NCBI RefSeq assembly: GCF_018977255.1
Contig: NW_024704742.1
Location: 121,026,001-121,090,000 of the forward strand
Direction: 5' to 3'
DNA length: 64,000 bases
Origin: Callorhinchus milii
Taxonomy: Eukaryota
Shown here: positions 63,110 to 64,000 of the stretch, piece by piece
Layout: every line of letters starts with the position of its first letter
Position numbering within the stretch: position 1 is the stretch's first letter
Position numbers and translations under genes: made by a program
Notes under the pieces: model-generated
Told to the model about the DNA's origin: nothing
What the model saw: only the letters and a program-made list of their open reading frames with translations
The model's database searches: none

Positions 63110-63410
63110 GGAGTCCTGTAGCTCAGTGGTTAGAGCACTCGCTTTGCAAGTGAGAGACCTGGGTTTGATTCCCGCCAGGGTGAAACATTGGGCAAGTTTC
63201 CTTACTCCACACGCCTGATAATAATCCCTCAAAAAAATGGTCATTTCAATCCACAACTGTCTGTGGGACACTGCTGTGTGCAATTGGCTGCCGCATTTAG
63301 CCCACAATTATACAGTCAATTCACTTTACACTCTATTCTGTGAAGCGCTTTAAGACGTCTAGAAGATGTGAAAAGCACTACATCAAATGCAAGGATTATT
63401 ATTATTATTA
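63110..63410 (+). mobile_element. Same tRNA-SINE, short subfamily
   Basis: Full length, head ggagtcctgtagctcagtgg, (ATT)n tail. Confidence 0.92.
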
Positions 63411-64000
63411 CAATCTTTAATAAACTTATAGCAACTTCCAAGTGATCACTTCATCCTTGTCAATCTCAATGACTAAATTCAGATTTTGTAAATAGTAATA
63501 CAATAAAACCACTAGATGGTGCAGTGGGGTATTTTGGTTGGAGAGAATTGCTACTCAGCATCACAACTGCAGATCTCAAAACTTAAACTGCAATGGTTAC
63601 TTTCTAAACTGTACTCAAACTGCACTGGTTACCCTATAAACGGTAGAGAATAAAAAAACTCCTAAAATCCCTTTGATCACTTAACTACTCAATCATGTTT
63701 ATATCAACTACTGAGGTTTACTATTTATTAAGTTTTACTGTGATCAAACAAAGCTTTTCCAATTCAAAAGAACTGCTGAGCCAGCAAAATGCATTTCAAA
63801 CTACACAGCAGTACGTTCTGAAAACAGATTACTAAGTCACGTGAACAAAATGTTTATCTTTATAAAAAGAAAATAGTTATCTCTGATGTCAGATGATAAC
63901 TTATTATAAAGACCTTTTTTTTTAAAATGACAACTTGCATTGATACAGTGCCCTAAACGCTGGTTGCGTCTCAAAGCATTTAGCAGCTGTATGGTTTGAT

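Noticed and set aside
12636..63982. CRISPR-like array from recurring short hairpin repeats
   Set aside because: Eukaryotic DNA; copies are dispersed, in both orientations and diverged, with retroposon tails and no cas genes.
54400..64000. DIMT1 or another head-to-head neighbour gene
   Set aside because: DIMT1 is expected from mammalian synteny, but I found no recognisable DIMT1 coding sequence on the + strand.

Overview
This window is eukaryotic, repeat-rich vertebrate genomic DNA. The CR1, L2 and Deu-domain tRNA-SINE content points to a cartilaginous fish, plausibly a holocephalan (inference from repeat style). It is occupied by the 5' part of the importin-11 gene (IPO11) on the minus strand. 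Ten coding exons (54376 down to 12274; 1171 nt, about 390 codons) have canonical GT-AG boundaries and splice in frame to a protein matching the importin-11 N-terminus (MDITSASTIVLQALTQATSQD...MWEEDPEGF). The rest of the gene lies beyond position 1, and the non-coding first exon and promoter are not securely located. The introns contain two large degenerate L2 LINEs, many L2 and CR1 fragments, an internally deleted CR1 with both ends nested in an older CR1, and many tRNA(Ala)-headed SINEs sharing the L2 3' stem-loop. They also hold ~50-bp tail-only retroposons, a probable non-autonomous Helitron, a Penelope-type repeat with a decayed hammerhead ribozyme, an HSP70 pseudogene fragment and several perfect inverted repeats. 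One inverted repeat overlaps a candidate poison exon. Nearly all listed ORFs are spurious or transposon-derived. I see no clearly new protein-coding system; the best leads are RNA-structural.
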